This document shows positions 1 to 15,036 of a stretch of 64,000 nucleotides of DNA, one piece after another. The stretch spans positions 5,408,001-5,472,000 of the forward strand of contig OZ241986.1 in assembly GCA_965204375.1 (NCBI GenBank), written 5' to 3'. The number at the start of each line of letters is the position of its first letter. The first letter of the stretch is position 1. The stretch is from Candidatus Latescibacterota bacterium. Its GTDB lineage: Bacteria; Latescibacterota; UBA2968. A program made the translations under genes and the position numbers. A model generated the notes under the pieces. The model worked only from the letters and a program-made list of their open reading frames with translations, was not told where the DNA came from and ran no database searches.

Positions 1-95
1 CCGGTGATGACGACCAGGCGGTTGCGCGGAATGTCCAGGTCGATATTTTTGAGGTTGTGCTGGCGCGCACCTCTGATGGTGATTGTATCGCTCAT
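1..95 (-). CDS. uvrA: excinuclease ABC subunit A, 5' end (runs off window)
   Basis: Manual translation of minus strand from ATG at 95: [32 protein letters not shown], the typical UvrA N-terminus leading into Walker A. Confidence 0.93.
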   Translation of the reverse strand, partial: MSDTITIRGARQHNLKNIDLDIPRNRLVVIT

Positions 96-107
96 AGGTG
101 TGATGAT

Positions 108-145
108 AAAAAATTCAGGCACTTAAATTTTAAGTGCCTGAAAAA
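108..145 (-). terminator. intrinsic terminator after tRNA-Arg
   Basis: Inverted repeat tcaggcacttaa/ttaagtgcctga with a T-run following on the minus strand. Confidence 0.65.
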
Positions 146-150
146 TAAAG

Positions 151-224
151 TGCGGCAGAGAGGACTCGAACCCCCAACCCTCTGGTCCGAAGCCAGATGC
201 TCTGTCCAATTGAGCTACTGCCGC
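151..224 (-). tRNA. tRNA-Arg(UCG)
   Basis: Minus strand GCGGCAGTAGCTCAATTGGACAGAGCA TCTGG CTTCGGA CCAGA GGGTTGGGGGTTCGAGTCCTCTCTGCCGCA: cloverleaf, anticodon TCG, CCA not encoded. Confidence 0.93.
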
Positions 225-343
225 TGTGCAAATAATATACGGATTGTGGTCGTGTTTTGCAAGTGGATGAATTAGCTTGACAGTGAGAGGTGTAATTAAG
301 ATGTTGTCTTGAAATACCATTTGTCTTTTCACGGAGGTGTAAT

Positions 344-1633
344 TTGAATGCGCGTTCAAAAACGCTATTTGACGCAGCAAAACAGGTGATTCCCGGTGGT
401 GTGAATAGTCCCGCAAGAGCTTATGGTCCCGTAGGTGGTGATCCGCTCTTTATTGTGAAAGGAGAGGGGGCGCGAATTGTCGATGCCGATGGGAGATCTT
501 ATATCGATTTTGTGGGGTCCTGGGGACCGCTTATTTTGGGCCATGCACATCCGGAAATTGTTGCGGCTGTCAATGCAGCGGCTGCTGAGGGCACGAGTTT
601 TGGCGCGCCGACAGAAATCGAAGTGAAGATGGCCCAATTGGTCACTGAAATGGTGCCGAGCGTGGAAATGGTGCGGATGGTAAATTCGGGTACCGAAGCC
701 ACGATGTCGGCTATTCGGCTGGCTCGCGGACACACGGGGCGAAACAAAATTGTCAAATTTGAGGGATGCTGGCACGGGCATGCCGATAGTTTTCTGATTC
801 AGGCGGGGTCTTCAGCACTTACGATGGGCGCGCCGAGCAGTCCGGGGGTTACACCTGGAACTGCAGCGGATTCGATTACTGTGCCTTTTAATGATCTGGA
901 AGCTGTTGAAAAAGCCGTTGTGGAAAATAAAGATGAGATCGCTGCTGTTATTGTTGAGCCTGTGGCTGGCAATATGGGAGTGATTCCGCCAGCGCCGGGG
1001 TTTTTGCAGGGTTTGAGAGATATAACGGCAGAAATGGGCATTGTGCTGATTTTTGACGAGGTCATCACAGGGTTTCGCGTTAGTCAGGGTGGTGCGCAGG
1101 AGCATTATGGGGTGACGCCCGATTTGACGACTTTGGGAAAGATTATTGGCGGTGGGCTGCCCGTTGGTGCTTTTGGAGGTAGGCGAGAAATTATGTCAGA
1201 TATTTCACCGCTGGGAAAAATGGTGTCGCAGGCTGGCACATTGTCGGGCAATCCCCTGGCTATGACAGCGGGATATGAGACACTCCGACGATTGCAAGAA
1301 CCGGGTGTTTATGAGGCGTTGGAGGCAAGAGCGCAGGCGCTGGAGACTGGTATTCTGGAGAATTTAAAGGCTCTGGGACTGAATTATCAGACCAATCGGG
1401 TGGGTTCAATTATGACTTTGTTTTTTACGGAAGTACCTGTGACGTCATTCGATGCTGCCAATGCGTGTGATCAGGATTTGTTCGCCCGATATTTTCGAGA
1501 GATGCTCAATCGAGGTGTTTATCTGGCTCCGTCGCAGTTTGAGGCTGCGTTTGTCTCTCTGGCCCATTCTGACGCGGATATTGACAAGACTATAAAGGCA
1601 AATTACGAAGCTCTGAAAGCATGTATTCGATAA
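344..1633 (+). CDS. hemL: glutamate-1-semialdehyde 2,1-aminomutase
   Basis: [48 protein letters not shown] motifs; GGAGG SD before TTG. Confidence 0.96.
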   Translation: MNARSKTLFDAAKQVIPGGVNSPARAYGPVGGDPLFIVKGEGARIVDADGRSYIDFVGSWGPLILGHAHPEIVAAVNAAAAEGTSFGAPTEIEVKMAQLVTEMVPSVEMVRMVNSGTEATMSAIRLARGHTGRNKIVKFEGCWHGHADSFLIQAGSSALTMGAPSSPGVTPGTAADSITVPFNDLEAVEKAVVENKDEIAAVIVEPVAGNMGVIPPAPGFLQGLRDITAEMGIVLIFDEVITGFRVSQGGAQEHYGVTPDLTTLGKIIGGGLPVGAFGGRREIMSDISPLGKMVSQAGTLSGNPLAMTAGYETLRRLQEPGVYEALEARAQALETGILENLKALGLNYQTNRVGSIMTLFFTEVPVTSFDAANACDQDLFARYFREMLNRGVYLAPSQFEAAFVSLAHSDADIDKTIKANYEALKACIR

Positions 1634-2103
1634 AAAAAATACTGCCAGTACTTTTGCTTTTTTTATGTGGCTGTAGCTCTCCACATGGCGATTATCTTCG
1701 GCAATTGCGATCGGGGACGGTTGATCAGCGCGTTGATGCGGCTGCCTTTTTGGGTGCACAGCGCGTTTTTGAGGCTGTTCCCCATTTGCGCGCTGCTTTG
1801 CGCGATTCTGCCACACCTGTGCGCACAAAGGCCGCCTGGGCGTTGGGAATGTTGCGGGCGAAGGAGGCATTGCGCGACCTGATCCGAATGCTTGGAGACA
1901 AAGATCGGGATGTGCGCCAGATTGTCGCATGGACATTGATGCAAATTGAAGAGCCGGAAGCCATTTCAGCACTTGAACGCGCTATGGCGTCTGAACCCGA
2001 CGCATGGGTAAAAAAAGATATGGAGCGGGCAGTGCGCTATTTGAGGCAGTTTGATGGCGAAGCAGATGTTGAAGAAAGTCGTGTGAGAGGGGAGTTTTTT
2101 TGA
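1621..2103 (+). CDS. HEAT-repeat lipoprotein
   Basis: Lipobox-like LLFLCGC; repeated 'L.D....VR..AAWAL' HEAT units. Confidence 0.8.
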   Translation: MYSIKKILPVLLLFLCGCSSPHGDYLRQLRSGTVDQRVDAAAFLGAQRVFEAVPHLRAALRDSATPVRTKAAWALGMLRAKEALRDLIRMLGDKDRDVRQIVAWTLMQIEEPEAISALERAMASEPDAWVKKDMERAVRYLRQFDGEADVEESRVRGEFF

Positions 2104-2243
2104 AAATAGTTTGACTTTCGCGCTCTTGTTTTATATATTTCGCGCTCTGCACCCAAAATGGTGTAGAATTTTGCTTGACTTGCGAAAGTCGATTTGATAA
2201 ATTTACTCTTCACCGGCACTTTGTAAGTCAAGAGTGCCTATTT

Positions 2244-2256
2244 TGTTCTTTGAAAA
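2244..2256 (+). promoter_or_regulatory. rrn leader boxA antitermination site (second copy in ITS at ~4240-4252)
   Basis: TGTTCTTTGAAAA upstream of 16S and TGCTCTTTGACAA upstream of 23S match boxA. Confidence 0.7.
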
Positions 2257-2363
2257 TCAAATAACGTGCATGTGTTATTCAAAAGCTTGGTAGGTTCTCA
2301 AGGTTTCTTGGGAATTTCAGTAATTTGCAAAAAAAGCCCATAATTATGGGCACTCTCATTTTT

Positions 2364-3913
<1,550 letters not shown>

Positions 3914-4029
3914 GGGAGACGCGATGTAAGGCTACAGGCGCTTACATCTACTCCTAAGGTCAATACCAGGTTTGGCATGTGCACGTTATTTGGTTTTTAA
4001 AGCCGGGATTTTTCCCGGCTTTTTAAGGC

Positions 4030-4106
4030 GGGCCTATAGCTCAGTTGGTTAGAGCGCGCGCCTGATAAGCGCGAGGTCAGTGGTTCAACTCCACTTAGGC
4101 CCACCA
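4030..4106 (+). tRNA. tRNA-Ile(GAU)
   Basis: GGGCCTATAGCTCAG...CTGATAA...GGCCCACCA in the ITS. Confidence 0.96.
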
Positions 4107-4121
4107 AACTACAAAATATTT

Positions 4122-4197
4122 GGGGATATAGCTCAGATGGGAGAGCGCCGGCTTTGCAAGCCGGAGGTCACCGGTTCGATCCCGGTTATCTCCACCA
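4122..4197 (+). tRNA. tRNA-Ala(UGC)
   Basis: GGGGATATAGCTCAG...TTTGCAA...TCTCCACCA in the ITS. Confidence 0.96.
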
Positions 4198-4337
4198 AAG
4201 ATGTAATGTATTTTATAGAACGCTCGGGATTTTCCCGACTGCTCTTTGACAATTGAATATGAATTGGGTATAAATTCGCCAAACTGAAGTATGGATTCTT
4301 TGCAGAGCACAGTAGTGATCTGCTGAAAACTTGTTTT

Positions 4338-7367
<3,030 letters not shown>

Positions 7368-7436
7368 TTTTATACATTTTTCAGCAGATCGCTTCTGTGC
7401 TTTGTTTGGCACCCAATTCGTATTCAATTAAATTTT

Positions 7437-7554
<118 letters not shown>

Positions 7555-7560
7555 ATTTTA

Positions 7561-7593
7561 AAAAGCCCGGACATAAAAATCCGGGCTTTTTTT
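7561..7593 (+). terminator. rrn operon intrinsic terminator
   Basis: AAAAGCCCGGA-loop-TCCGGGCTTTTTTT. Confidence 0.85.
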
Positions 7594-7707
7594 GTGTTAT
7601 ACAAGATCAAAAGAGTACTTGACAAAACCCATTTGTTTTGCAATTATACGCGCCTTATTTTCCGAATTTTAAAACGAGTATTTAATACTGGTATTAAGGA
7701 GGTTACA

Positions 7708-9789
7708 GTGAATAGATATACACCTGAAGATATCAGGAACATCGCCCTGTCGGGACACGGCGGCACGGGCAAAACGTCCGTTGCCGAAGCCATGATGTTT
7801 TCTGCCGGTGCGACCAATCGACTCGGGTCTGTGGATGAGGGGAATACGCTGTCGGATTATACCGATGCAGAGGTTGAGCGCAAAATCTCTATCAGTACGT
7901 CCATGTTGCACTGCGATTGGAAGGGCACCAAAATGAATATTCTGGATGCTCCGGGTTATGCCGACTTTATTGGCGATGCAAAAGCCGCGATTTGGGCATC
8001 TGATATTGCTCTTACGCTGGTCAATGCGGCCAGTGGCGTGGAGATTGGAACGGATAAGGCATTCGGTTTTGCCGATGAATTTAATCGCGCAACTGTGTTT
8101 TTAATCAATCACGTCGATAGGGAATTTGCCGATTGCGATGGTGCGTTTTCCGCAATTCAAGAGCATTTTGGAAATGGGGCTGTCCCCTTTCAGATTCCGG
8201 TCAATGCCGGTGAAGGGTTTAATCAGATTATCGATATTTTGCAGATGAAATTGGTAACCTATACCGATGGCAAAGCTGAGGCTTCAGAGATTCCCGAAGA
8301 ATGGCAAGATCAGGCTGAGGACTTGAGGGAACAGGTGGTTGAAGGGATTGCTGAGAGTGATGACGATTTGATTGAGAGCTATTTAGAAGAAGGGGAATTG
8401 ACAGATGAAGAGATCGCACAAGGGATAAAAATCGGGATGGCCAATCGCACTTTGTTTCCCATTTTTGTGAGTGCTGCCAGCAAAAATATCGGTGCCGACT
8501 TATTGCTCGATTTTTTGTCTTCCTTCGCGCCGGGTCCGCTCGACTTGCCAATTCCCACAGCATATAAAGAGGGATCTGAAGAAGAAGTGGCACTTGCCGT
8601 AAGCGATGATGACCCTCTGGCTGCTGTGGTGTTCAAAACGATTTCTGAGTCTGTGGGTGATCTGTCATTTTTGCGCGTGTATTCCGGCAGTGTCCAATCT
8701 GGCGACGATGTATTTAATCCCAATGGCCGAGTCAATGAGCGCATCGGTCAAATTTATTCGATGAGTGGCGGAAAGCGCGAGGATATGGACGTTGTGGGTG
8801 CGGGTGATATCGGCGCGTTGATCAAGCTAAAGGATACGCATACGGGCAATACCCTTTGCAGCAGAAACACGCGCTTGCAAATTCAGCCGGTCGAATTTCC
8901 ACATCCTTTGATTCGCGTGGCGGTAGAACCCAAATCGCGTGGCGACGAAGACAAAATTAGCGCGGGATTGCAGAGCATTCACGAAGAAGATCCGAGCTTT
9001 GTCGCCGGGTATGATTCGGAATTGCGTCAGATTATTGCCCAGGGGCAGGGCGAGTTGCATTTGACGGTTGTGTTTGACAAGTTGAAGAGCAAGTTTGGCG
9101 TGGATATAGAGGTGGGCGTACCGCGAATACCGTATCGCGAGACCATTCAGTCGCGTGCAGAAGCGCAGTATCGGCACAGAAAACAAAGCGGTGGACGCGG
9201 TCAATACGGCGAAGCTTATTTGCGCATCGCGCCCAGGCATCGCGGTGATGGCTTTGAATTTATTGACGAGGTTGTCGGCGGTGCGATTCCCGGAAAATTT
9301 ATTCCGGCAGTTGAAAAGGGTGTCGTGGAATGCATGCAACGCGGTGTGCTCGCCGGATATCCCGTTGTCGATACACAGGTCACGGTTTACGATGGGTCCT
9401 TCCATCCGGTTGACTCTTCTGATATGGCTTTTAAGCTGGCCGGTTCCTTCGCATTTCAAAATGCATTTATGGATGCCAGACCCATTTTGTTAGAGCCTAT
9501 TTACAAAGTCCACGTCGTTGTTCCCGATTCCTATATGGGGGATGTGATGGCAGATCTCAATGGGCGACGCGGGCGCATTCAAGGCATGGATCCCGAAGGC
9601 AATTTCCAGGTCATTCACGCTGAGGTTCCACTGGCCGATCTTTACAAGTATTCGACCTCTTTGCGCTCTATGACGCAAGGCACAGGCGATTATACCATGG
9701 AGTTTTCACACTACGAGCCTGCTCCCCACGATGTGACACAAAAAGTTATTGAGGATTCCGAACACGATCGCGAATTGGTAGAAGCGTGA
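7708..9789 (+). CDS. fusA: elongation factor G-like protein (EF-G2 paralog)
   Basis: IRNIAL.GHGGTGKT, DAPG, KQSGGRGQYG, FHPVDSS; switch I reads RKISI rather than RGITI and G4 reads NHVD; GTG start at 7708 after AAGGAGG. Confidence 0.9.
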   Translation: MNRYTPEDIRNIALSGHGGTGKTSVAEAMMFSAGATNRLGSVDEGNTLSDYTDAEVERKISISTSMLHCDWKGTKMNILDAPGYADFIGDAKAAIWASDIALTLVNAASGVEIGTDKAFGFADEFNRATVFLINHVDREFADCDGAFSAIQEHFGNGAVPFQIPVNAGEGFNQIIDILQMKLVTYTDGKAEASEIPEEWQDQAEDLREQVVEGIAESDDDLIESYLEEGELTDEEIAQGIKIGMANRTLFPIFVSAASKNIGADLLLDFLSSFAPGPLDLPIPTAYKEGSEEEVALAVSDDDPLAAVVFKTISESVGDLSFLRVYSGSVQSGDDVFNPNGRVNERIGQIYSMSGGKREDMDVVGAGDIGALIKLKDTHTGNTLCSRNTRLQIQPVEFPHPLIRVAVEPKSRGDEDKISAGLQSIHEEDPSFVAGYDSELRQIIAQGQGELHLTVVFDKLKSKFGVDIEVGVPRIPYRETIQSRAEAQYRHRKQSGGRGQYGEAYLRIAPRHRGDGFEFIDEVVGGAIPGKFIPAVEKGVVECMQRGVLAGYPVVDTQVTVYDGSFHPVDSSDMAFKLAGSFAFQNAFMDARPILLEPIYKVHVVVPDSYMGDVMADLNGRRGRIQGMDPEGNFQVIHAEVPLADLYKYSTSLRSMTQGTGDYTMEFSHYEPAPHDVTQKVIEDSEHDRELVEA

Positions 9790-9796
9790 GGAGATG

Positions 9797-10669
9797 ATGA
9801 TGTCAGCCGGGCGCAGGTTCAGGGCGGCACTGGACGCAGAACGCCCCTTGCAGATTGTGGGTACTATCAATGCCGTATCTGCGCTTATGGCAAGACAGGT
9901 GGGATTTCGCGCGCTTTATCTTTCTGGTTCGGGCGTGGCTGCTGCCTCTTATGGGTTGCCCGATTTGGGCATTACAACGCTGGATAATGTGGTCGAGGAT
10001 GCCCGGCGGATTACAGATGTGGTGGATTTGCCACTGCTGGTTGATATCGATACCGGGTTTGGCGGTACTTCTTTTTCCATTGGACGCGCTGTAAAGACGC
10101 TGGAAAAAATTGGCGTTGCCGCTGTTCACATTGAAGACCAGGTATTGCAAAAACGGTGTGGACATCGCCCGGGAAAACAGGTGGTGCCTGCCGGGGAGAT
10201 GTGCGACCGAATCAAAGCAGCGGTTGATGCGCGGTCAGACAGTGGGTTTGTGATTATGGCGCGAACGGATTCCGTGGCCAATGAGGGTTTGGAATGCGGT
10301 CTCAATCGCGCCCGGGAATACATTGCCGCAGGTGCGGATGCGATTTTTGCAGAAGCTCTGTGTTCGTTGGAGGATTTTCGCACCTTTGCCCAAAGGCTTT
10401 CTGTACCTGTACTGGCGAACCTCACCGAGTTTGGACAAACGCCTCTGTTTGGCTTGGACGAGATGAGAGGTACGGGTGTCGCCATGGTGTTGTATCCTCT
10501 CACGGCGTTTAGAATGATGAATGCGGCTGCTCAGCGGGCGTATAAAATACTGCGGATGCAGGGCACGCAGGGTGCGTTGATAGACGAGATGCAGACGCGG
10601 GAAGATCTCTACGAATTGCTGGATTATTACGGGTACGAGGCGCAGGTTAATCGACTTTATGGTGCGTGA
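9797..10669 (+). CDS. prpB: 2-methylisocitrate lyase
   Basis: KRCGHRPGK catalytic motif, DIDTGFG, ANLTEFG; next to prpC and prpD. Confidence 0.95.
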   Translation: MMSAGRRFRAALDAERPLQIVGTINAVSALMARQVGFRALYLSGSGVAAASYGLPDLGITTLDNVVEDARRITDVVDLPLLVDIDTGFGGTSFSIGRAVKTLEKIGVAAVHIEDQVLQKRCGHRPGKQVVPAGEMCDRIKAAVDARSDSGFVIMARTDSVANEGLECGLNRAREYIAAGADAIFAEALCSLEDFRTFAQRLSVPVLANLTEFGQTPLFGLDEMRGTGVAMVLYPLTAFRMMNAAAQRAYKILRMQGTQGALIDEMQTREDLYELLDYYGYEAQVNRLYGA

Positions 10670-10692
10670 ATTGCCTGAGGAGATTTTACGGG

Positions 10693-10729
10693 AAAAGGTC
10701 GTGAGTGAAAATGCTCACGGCCTTTTTTT
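10693..10729 (+). terminator. hairpin/terminator between prpB and prpC
   Basis: AAAAGGTCGTGAG...CTCACGGCCTTTTTTT. Confidence 0.6.
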
Positions 10730-10743
10730 GAGAGGAGGATACT

Positions 10744-11847
10744 GTGAGCAAACAGACGACAGGTTTGAGAGGAGTTAAGGCCGGGAGTACGTCGATTTGT
10801 ACTGTGGGGGCAGAAGGTCACGGTTTGCACTATCGGGGCTATGCTATTGAAGGTCTGGCACAATATGCCTGTTTTGAAGAGGTCGCGTATTTGTTGTTGT
10901 GGGGTGCGCTGCCCACTGAAAGGGAACTGGATGCGTTGAAGGCGCGGTTGCGGGCGCACCGGCAGTTGCCAGATCTGGTCGTGCAGGTTCTGTGTTCGCT
11001 GCCTTCAGACGCGCATCCGATGGATGTTTTGCGAACCGGTGTATCGGCGCTTGGTATTGCCGAGCCAGAGCGGGATTTGGAGGATGGTGAGGCTGTGGCT
11101 GTGCGGCTTTTGGGTGCATTGCCCTCTATGCTGGGGGTCTGGCATATAGGTGCCGATGTTCTGGATGTGGATGTGGATGATCACGCGACTTATATTTTGT
11201 ACATGCTCAAAGCGGAGATGCCTTCGGAGTTGGAATGTCAGATGATGGATGCGTCGTTGATTTTATATGCCGAGCACGAGTTTAATGCCTCGACATTTAC
11301 GGCGAGAGTATGCGCCTCCACGCTTGCCGATTTTTATGGATGCATCACCGGGGCAATCGGTACTTTGAGCGGGCCTTTGCACGGGGGCGCGAACGAGCGG
11401 GCAATGGAATTGATCGAACAGTTCGAGACCCCCGAAGACGCGGCAACAGGTGTGCGAGAGATGCTGGCGCGCAGAGAATTGATTATGGGGTTTGGGCACG
11501 GGGTTTATCGCGTGCGAGATCCGCGCAATGCGATTATTAAAGATTGGGCACGTCAGGTGAGTGAAGCGATGAGCGATATGAGTCTATACGAGATTTCCGA
11601 AGCGATTGAGCGGGTTATGTGGGATGAGAAGAAGTTGTTTCCAAATCTGGATTTTTATTCGGCAACAGCGTATCACATGGCCGGTATTGAGACGGCGCTT
11701 TTCACGCCCATATTTGTGCTCAGTCGCTGCAGTGGTTGGGCTGCTCATGTGGTGGAGCAGCGGGCGGATAATAGACTGATTCGGCCTCTGGCGGAATACA
11801 CGGGGGTAGAGACGCGAGATTATGTGTCGATAGAAGACAGGGGCTAA
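10744..11847 (+). CDS. prpC: 2-methylcitrate synthase
   Basis: YAEHEFNASTF, GPLHGGANE, GFGH, FPNLDF; prp cluster context. Confidence 0.93.
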   Translation: MSKQTTGLRGVKAGSTSICTVGAEGHGLHYRGYAIEGLAQYACFEEVAYLLLWGALPTERELDALKARLRAHRQLPDLVVQVLCSLPSDAHPMDVLRTGVSALGIAEPERDLEDGEAVAVRLLGALPSMLGVWHIGADVLDVDVDDHATYILYMLKAEMPSELECQMMDASLILYAEHEFNASTFTARVCASTLADFYGCITGAIGTLSGPLHGGANERAMELIEQFETPEDAATGVREMLARRELIMGFGHGVYRVRDPRNAIIKDWARQVSEAMSDMSLYEISEAIERVMWDEKKLFPNLDFYSATAYHMAGIETALFTPIFVLSRCSGWAAHVVEQRADNRLIRPLAEYTGVETRDYVSIEDRG

Positions 11848-11876
11848 GAAGTGTGAAGTAGGAAGTGTGAATAATC

Positions 11877-11900
11877 GTAGGGGCGAGGCATGCCTCGCCC
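11877..11900. repeat. GTAG-type REP palindrome (GTAGGGGCGAGGCATGCCTCGCCC)
   Basis: Identical core at 16769, 54679 and 62867; variants at 15634, 16739 and 61460. Confidence 0.85.
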
Positions 11901-11931
11901 GTCATCGCGGCATGATGTTAGCCGCGATCCA
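11901..11931. repeat. GTCATCGCGGC-N8/9-GCCGCGATCCA palindromic element
   Basis: Five copies: 11901, 33074, 61517, 62897, 62955. Confidence 0.85.
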
Positions 11932-11976
11932 GGATTTTTTAGCTGATTACTGATTGCTGATAGCTTGAGGACTGCT

Positions 11977-13404
11977 ATGAATAATCGGACACCGGATAGA
12001 GAACTGGTGGCTATCGCACAGTATGTGTTGGATTATGAAGTGAATTCCGAGGAGGCTTTTCAGACGGCTCGTTTGTGTCTGATGGATAGTTTGGGGTGTG
12101 CGGTGTTGGCATTGCGGTTTTCTGAGTGTGCGAAGATGCTCGGTCCCGTGGTGCCGGGAACAATTGTGCCGCACGGTGCGCGGGTGCCGGGTACTGATTA
12201 CGAACTCGATCCGGTGACTGCCGCGTTTAATATTGGGACACTGGTGCGGTGGTTGGATTTTAACGATACGTGGTTGGCGGCGGAATGGGGACATCCGTCG
12301 GACAATCTGGGTGCAATTCTCGGGGTGGCGGACTGGATGTCGCGCACGCAGCGGGCACAGGGGAGAGAAGTACTGGTCATGCGGGATGTGTTTGTGGCGA
12401 TGATCAAAGCGCACGAGATTCAGGGCGTGATGGCATTGGAAAACAGTTTTAATGCCCGGGGGCTGGATCATGTGATTTTGGTGAAGTTGGCGAGTGCGGC
12501 GGTTTCTGCTGGGCTGTTGGGCTGTGATGAGGCGCAGGTGGTTAATGCATTGTCGCAGGTGTGGTGCGATTTGGGTCCTTTGCGAACCTATCGGCATGCG
12601 CCCAATACGGGTTCGCGCAAGAGTTGGGCGGCGGGAGATGCGACAGCGCGTGGCGTATTTTTGGCATTGCAAACAAAGCGCGGTGAGATGGGATATCCAA
12701 CGGCTCTGTCTGCACCCGTGTGGGGTTTTTACGACCGCTTGTGGAATGGCGATCGGTTTCAGTTTCAACGCTTATACGGTTCTTATGTGATGGAAAATGT
12801 GTTGTTCAAGGTGTCTTTTCCCGCTGAATTTCACGCACAGACAGCGGTAGAAGCTGCGTTTGCGTTGCACGATGAAGTGGCTCCGCGGCTGGAGGCAGTG
12901 GAGCGGGTGGTGATTGAGACACACGAAGCCGCTATTAAAATTATCGATAAGACCGGTCCGCTGTACAATCCTGCAGACCGGGATCACTGTTTGCAATATA
13001 TGGTGGCTATTGGGCTGATTTTTGGCGATTTGACCGCAGATGATTACGAGGACGAGCGCGCGGAGGACGAGCGCATTGATATGTTGAGAGAAAAGATGGT
13101 GGTGACGGAAAACGCGCGGTTTACACGGGATTACCACGATCCGCACAAGCGGTCAATTGCCAATACAGTGCAGGTGTTTTTCAAAGATGGATCGGCCACA
13201 GAGGCCGTGATGGTTGAATATCCCATTGGGCATCGAAGAAGGCGGGAGGAGGCCGCGCCTTTGCTTGTGGAAAAGTTTGTGGAAAATATGAGTACGCGGT
13301 TTGAGGCGCAGCAGGTGCGAGATATTTTGGCTGTGTTTGAAGGGGCAGATTTGGATACGATGCCCGTGTGGGAATTTATGGATTTGTTGCAAGTTCGTAA
13401 GTAG
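11977..13404 (+). CDS. prpD: 2-methylcitrate dehydratase
   Basis: [56 protein letters not shown]. Confidence 0.96.
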   Translation: MNNRTPDRELVAIAQYVLDYEVNSEEAFQTARLCLMDSLGCAVLALRFSECAKMLGPVVPGTIVPHGARVPGTDYELDPVTAAFNIGTLVRWLDFNDTWLAAEWGHPSDNLGAILGVADWMSRTQRAQGREVLVMRDVFVAMIKAHEIQGVMALENSFNARGLDHVILVKLASAAVSAGLLGCDEAQVVNALSQVWCDLGPLRTYRHAPNTGSRKSWAAGDATARGVFLALQTKRGEMGYPTALSAPVWGFYDRLWNGDRFQFQRLYGSYVMENVLFKVSFPAEFHAQTAVEAAFALHDEVAPRLEAVERVVIETHEAAIKIIDKTGPLYNPADRDHCLQYMVAIGLIFGDLTADDYEDERAEDERIDMLREKMVVTENARFTRDYHDPHKRSIANTVQVFFKDGSATEAVMVEYPIGHRRRREEAAPLLVEKFVENMSTRFEAQQVRDILAVFEGADLDTMPVWEFMDLLQVRK

Positions 13405-13489
13405 CGTATTTCCTATTGCACAACTGCGGGCTTCTGACTACATTTGGATTGGGATAATAGGATATTGTTAAATAAAGGAGCATGGCAGG

Positions 13490-14239
13490 ATGGCTGGACA
13501 TTCTAAATGGGCAAATATCAAGCATCGCAAGAGCCGTCAGGACGCGGCTCGAGGCAAGGCGTTTACCAAATTGATCCGAGAGATTACTGTGGCGGCCCGC
13601 GAGGGTGGTGGCGATGAGGCGAATAACTCCCGTCTGCGTGCGGCTGTTCTGAGTGCGAAGGCAGAAAATATGCCTATGGTCAATATTGAGCGCGCGATTA
13701 AAAAGGGTACGGGGGAGCTTGAAGGCGAGTCTTATGAAGGTGCGATTTACGAGGGATACGGACCGGGTGGTGTGGCCATGTTTATTGAAACTCTGACGGA
13801 TAATCGCAATCGCACGGTGTCTGAAGTGCGGCATTTGTTTAGCAAATACAATGGCAGTATGGCCGAAAGTGGTGCCGTGGCGTGGGTGTTTGAGCAAAAG
13901 GGGTTGATTTCGGTGCCCAAAGAGGACGTGGAAGAAGAAGAACTGATGCTGATCGTTTTAGATGCTGGCGCCGAGGATATTGCAGAGGAAGAGAATATCT
14001 ACGAAGTTTATGCTTCTCTGCCCGATTTTGAAAGTGTTCGCAAAGCGATTGAAGAGGCGGGTATTGAAATTGAGCGCGCTGAATTGACGCGCGTTCCGCA
14101 AAGTACTGTGCCCGTTGAAGGCAAAACCGCGCAGCAATTGTTGACCTTGATGGAAATGCTCGAAGACAATGACGATGTGCAGCGGGTATATGCCAATTTT
14201 GAGATTGATGACAAAGAATTAGCTGTCCTGACTGAGTGA
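13490..14239 (+). CDS. yebC: YebC/PmpR family protein
   Basis: MAGHSKWANIKHRK, YEGYGPGG, TDNRNRT, LEDNDDVQ; upstream of ruvCAB. Confidence 0.96.
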   Translation: MAGHSKWANIKHRKSRQDAARGKAFTKLIREITVAAREGGGDEANNSRLRAAVLSAKAENMPMVNIERAIKKGTGELEGESYEGAIYEGYGPGGVAMFIETLTDNRNRTVSEVRHLFSKYNGSMAESGAVAWVFEQKGLISVPKEDVEEEELMLIVLDAGAEDIAEEENIYEVYASLPDFESVRKAIEEAGIEIERAELTRVPQSTVPVEGKTAQQLLTLMEMLEDNDDVQRVYANFEIDDKELAVLTE

Positions 14240-14336
14240 TTTCCCCTCCCCAGTTATGTCCCAGAACTGCTGGTAATACATCGCAGTTATACACTGTCCG
14301 CGTCTTTGTGTGAGAATTTTCTCTCCTTATCTCTCC

Positions 14337-14388
14337 ATCTGCATTTATCTGCGTTTATCTGCGTTCATCTGCGTTCATCTGCGGATAA
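14337..14388. repeat. decamer tandem repeat (ATCTGCGTTC)x5
   Basis: atctgcattt atctgcgttt atctgcgttc atctgcgttc atctgcggataa; reverse-oriented relative at 27522-27553. Confidence 0.8.
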
Positions 14389-14408
14389 CACTTCGAAAGG
14401 TGGTTTGC

Positions 14409-15032
14409 GTGATCATTCTGGGTATTGATCCGGGCAGTGTGGTAACCGGTTTTGGTCTGGTTGAGCACCAGAACCGGAAAAATCGGTTGCTGCAATGTGG
14501 CTGTATTCGGCCCGGTAATAAATTGTCTTTCCCCCAGCGCTTGCTCTATATCTACGATCACTTGCTCGCGCTGGTCGCGGATGCAGGCCCGCATGAAGTT
14601 GCGCTTGAATCTGTTTTTTACGGTGTCAATACGCAATCACTGATTAAGTTGTGTCAGGCGCGAGGGGCTATTGTGACGGCGCTGGCCAATTCCGATCTGC
14701 CCATTTTTGAATACGCGCCCCGCGAAGTGAAAAGAGCGGTTGTGGGCCGGGGTAGTGCGTCCAAAGAACAGGTGCAATTTATGATTCAGCGATTGCTGGG
14801 GAAAGAAGCAGTGGGTCAGGGATTTGATGCGACAGATGCCGTGGCGATTGCCCTGTGCCATGCGCATCAGAAGGTTGCTGCGCGTGGGCCTGGAAAACGG
14901 GACAATAAACTGGCAGAGAAGATTGAGGCATTGAAACAGGGCGGTAAAGAACAGAGTCGTTTTGATGAGAAACTCAAAGAAATCGGCGTTAGTGCAAAGT
15001 CGCGGCGGCGTTTGAATCGAAGGGGAAGATAA
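14409..15032 (+). CDS. ruvC: Holliday junction resolvase RuvC (with basic C-terminal extension)
   Basis: IILGIDPGS..TGFG, EYAPREVK..VVGRGSASKEQV, DATDAVAIALCH; GTG start. Confidence 0.94.
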   Translation: MIILGIDPGSVVTGFGLVEHQNRKNRLLQCGCIRPGNKLSFPQRLLYIYDHLLALVADAGPHEVALESVFYGVNTQSLIKLCQARGAIVTALANSDLPIFEYAPREVKRAVVGRGSASKEQVQFMIQRLLGKEAVGQGFDATDAVAIALCHAHQKVAARGPGKRDNKLAEKIEALKQGGKEQSRFDEKLKEIGVSAKSRRRLNRRGR

Positions 15033-15036
15033 TATA

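Noticed and set aside
151-224. tRNA as an integration site for an island
   Set aside because: No integrase or duplicated tRNA 3' end in the window; flanked by core genes uvrA and hemL
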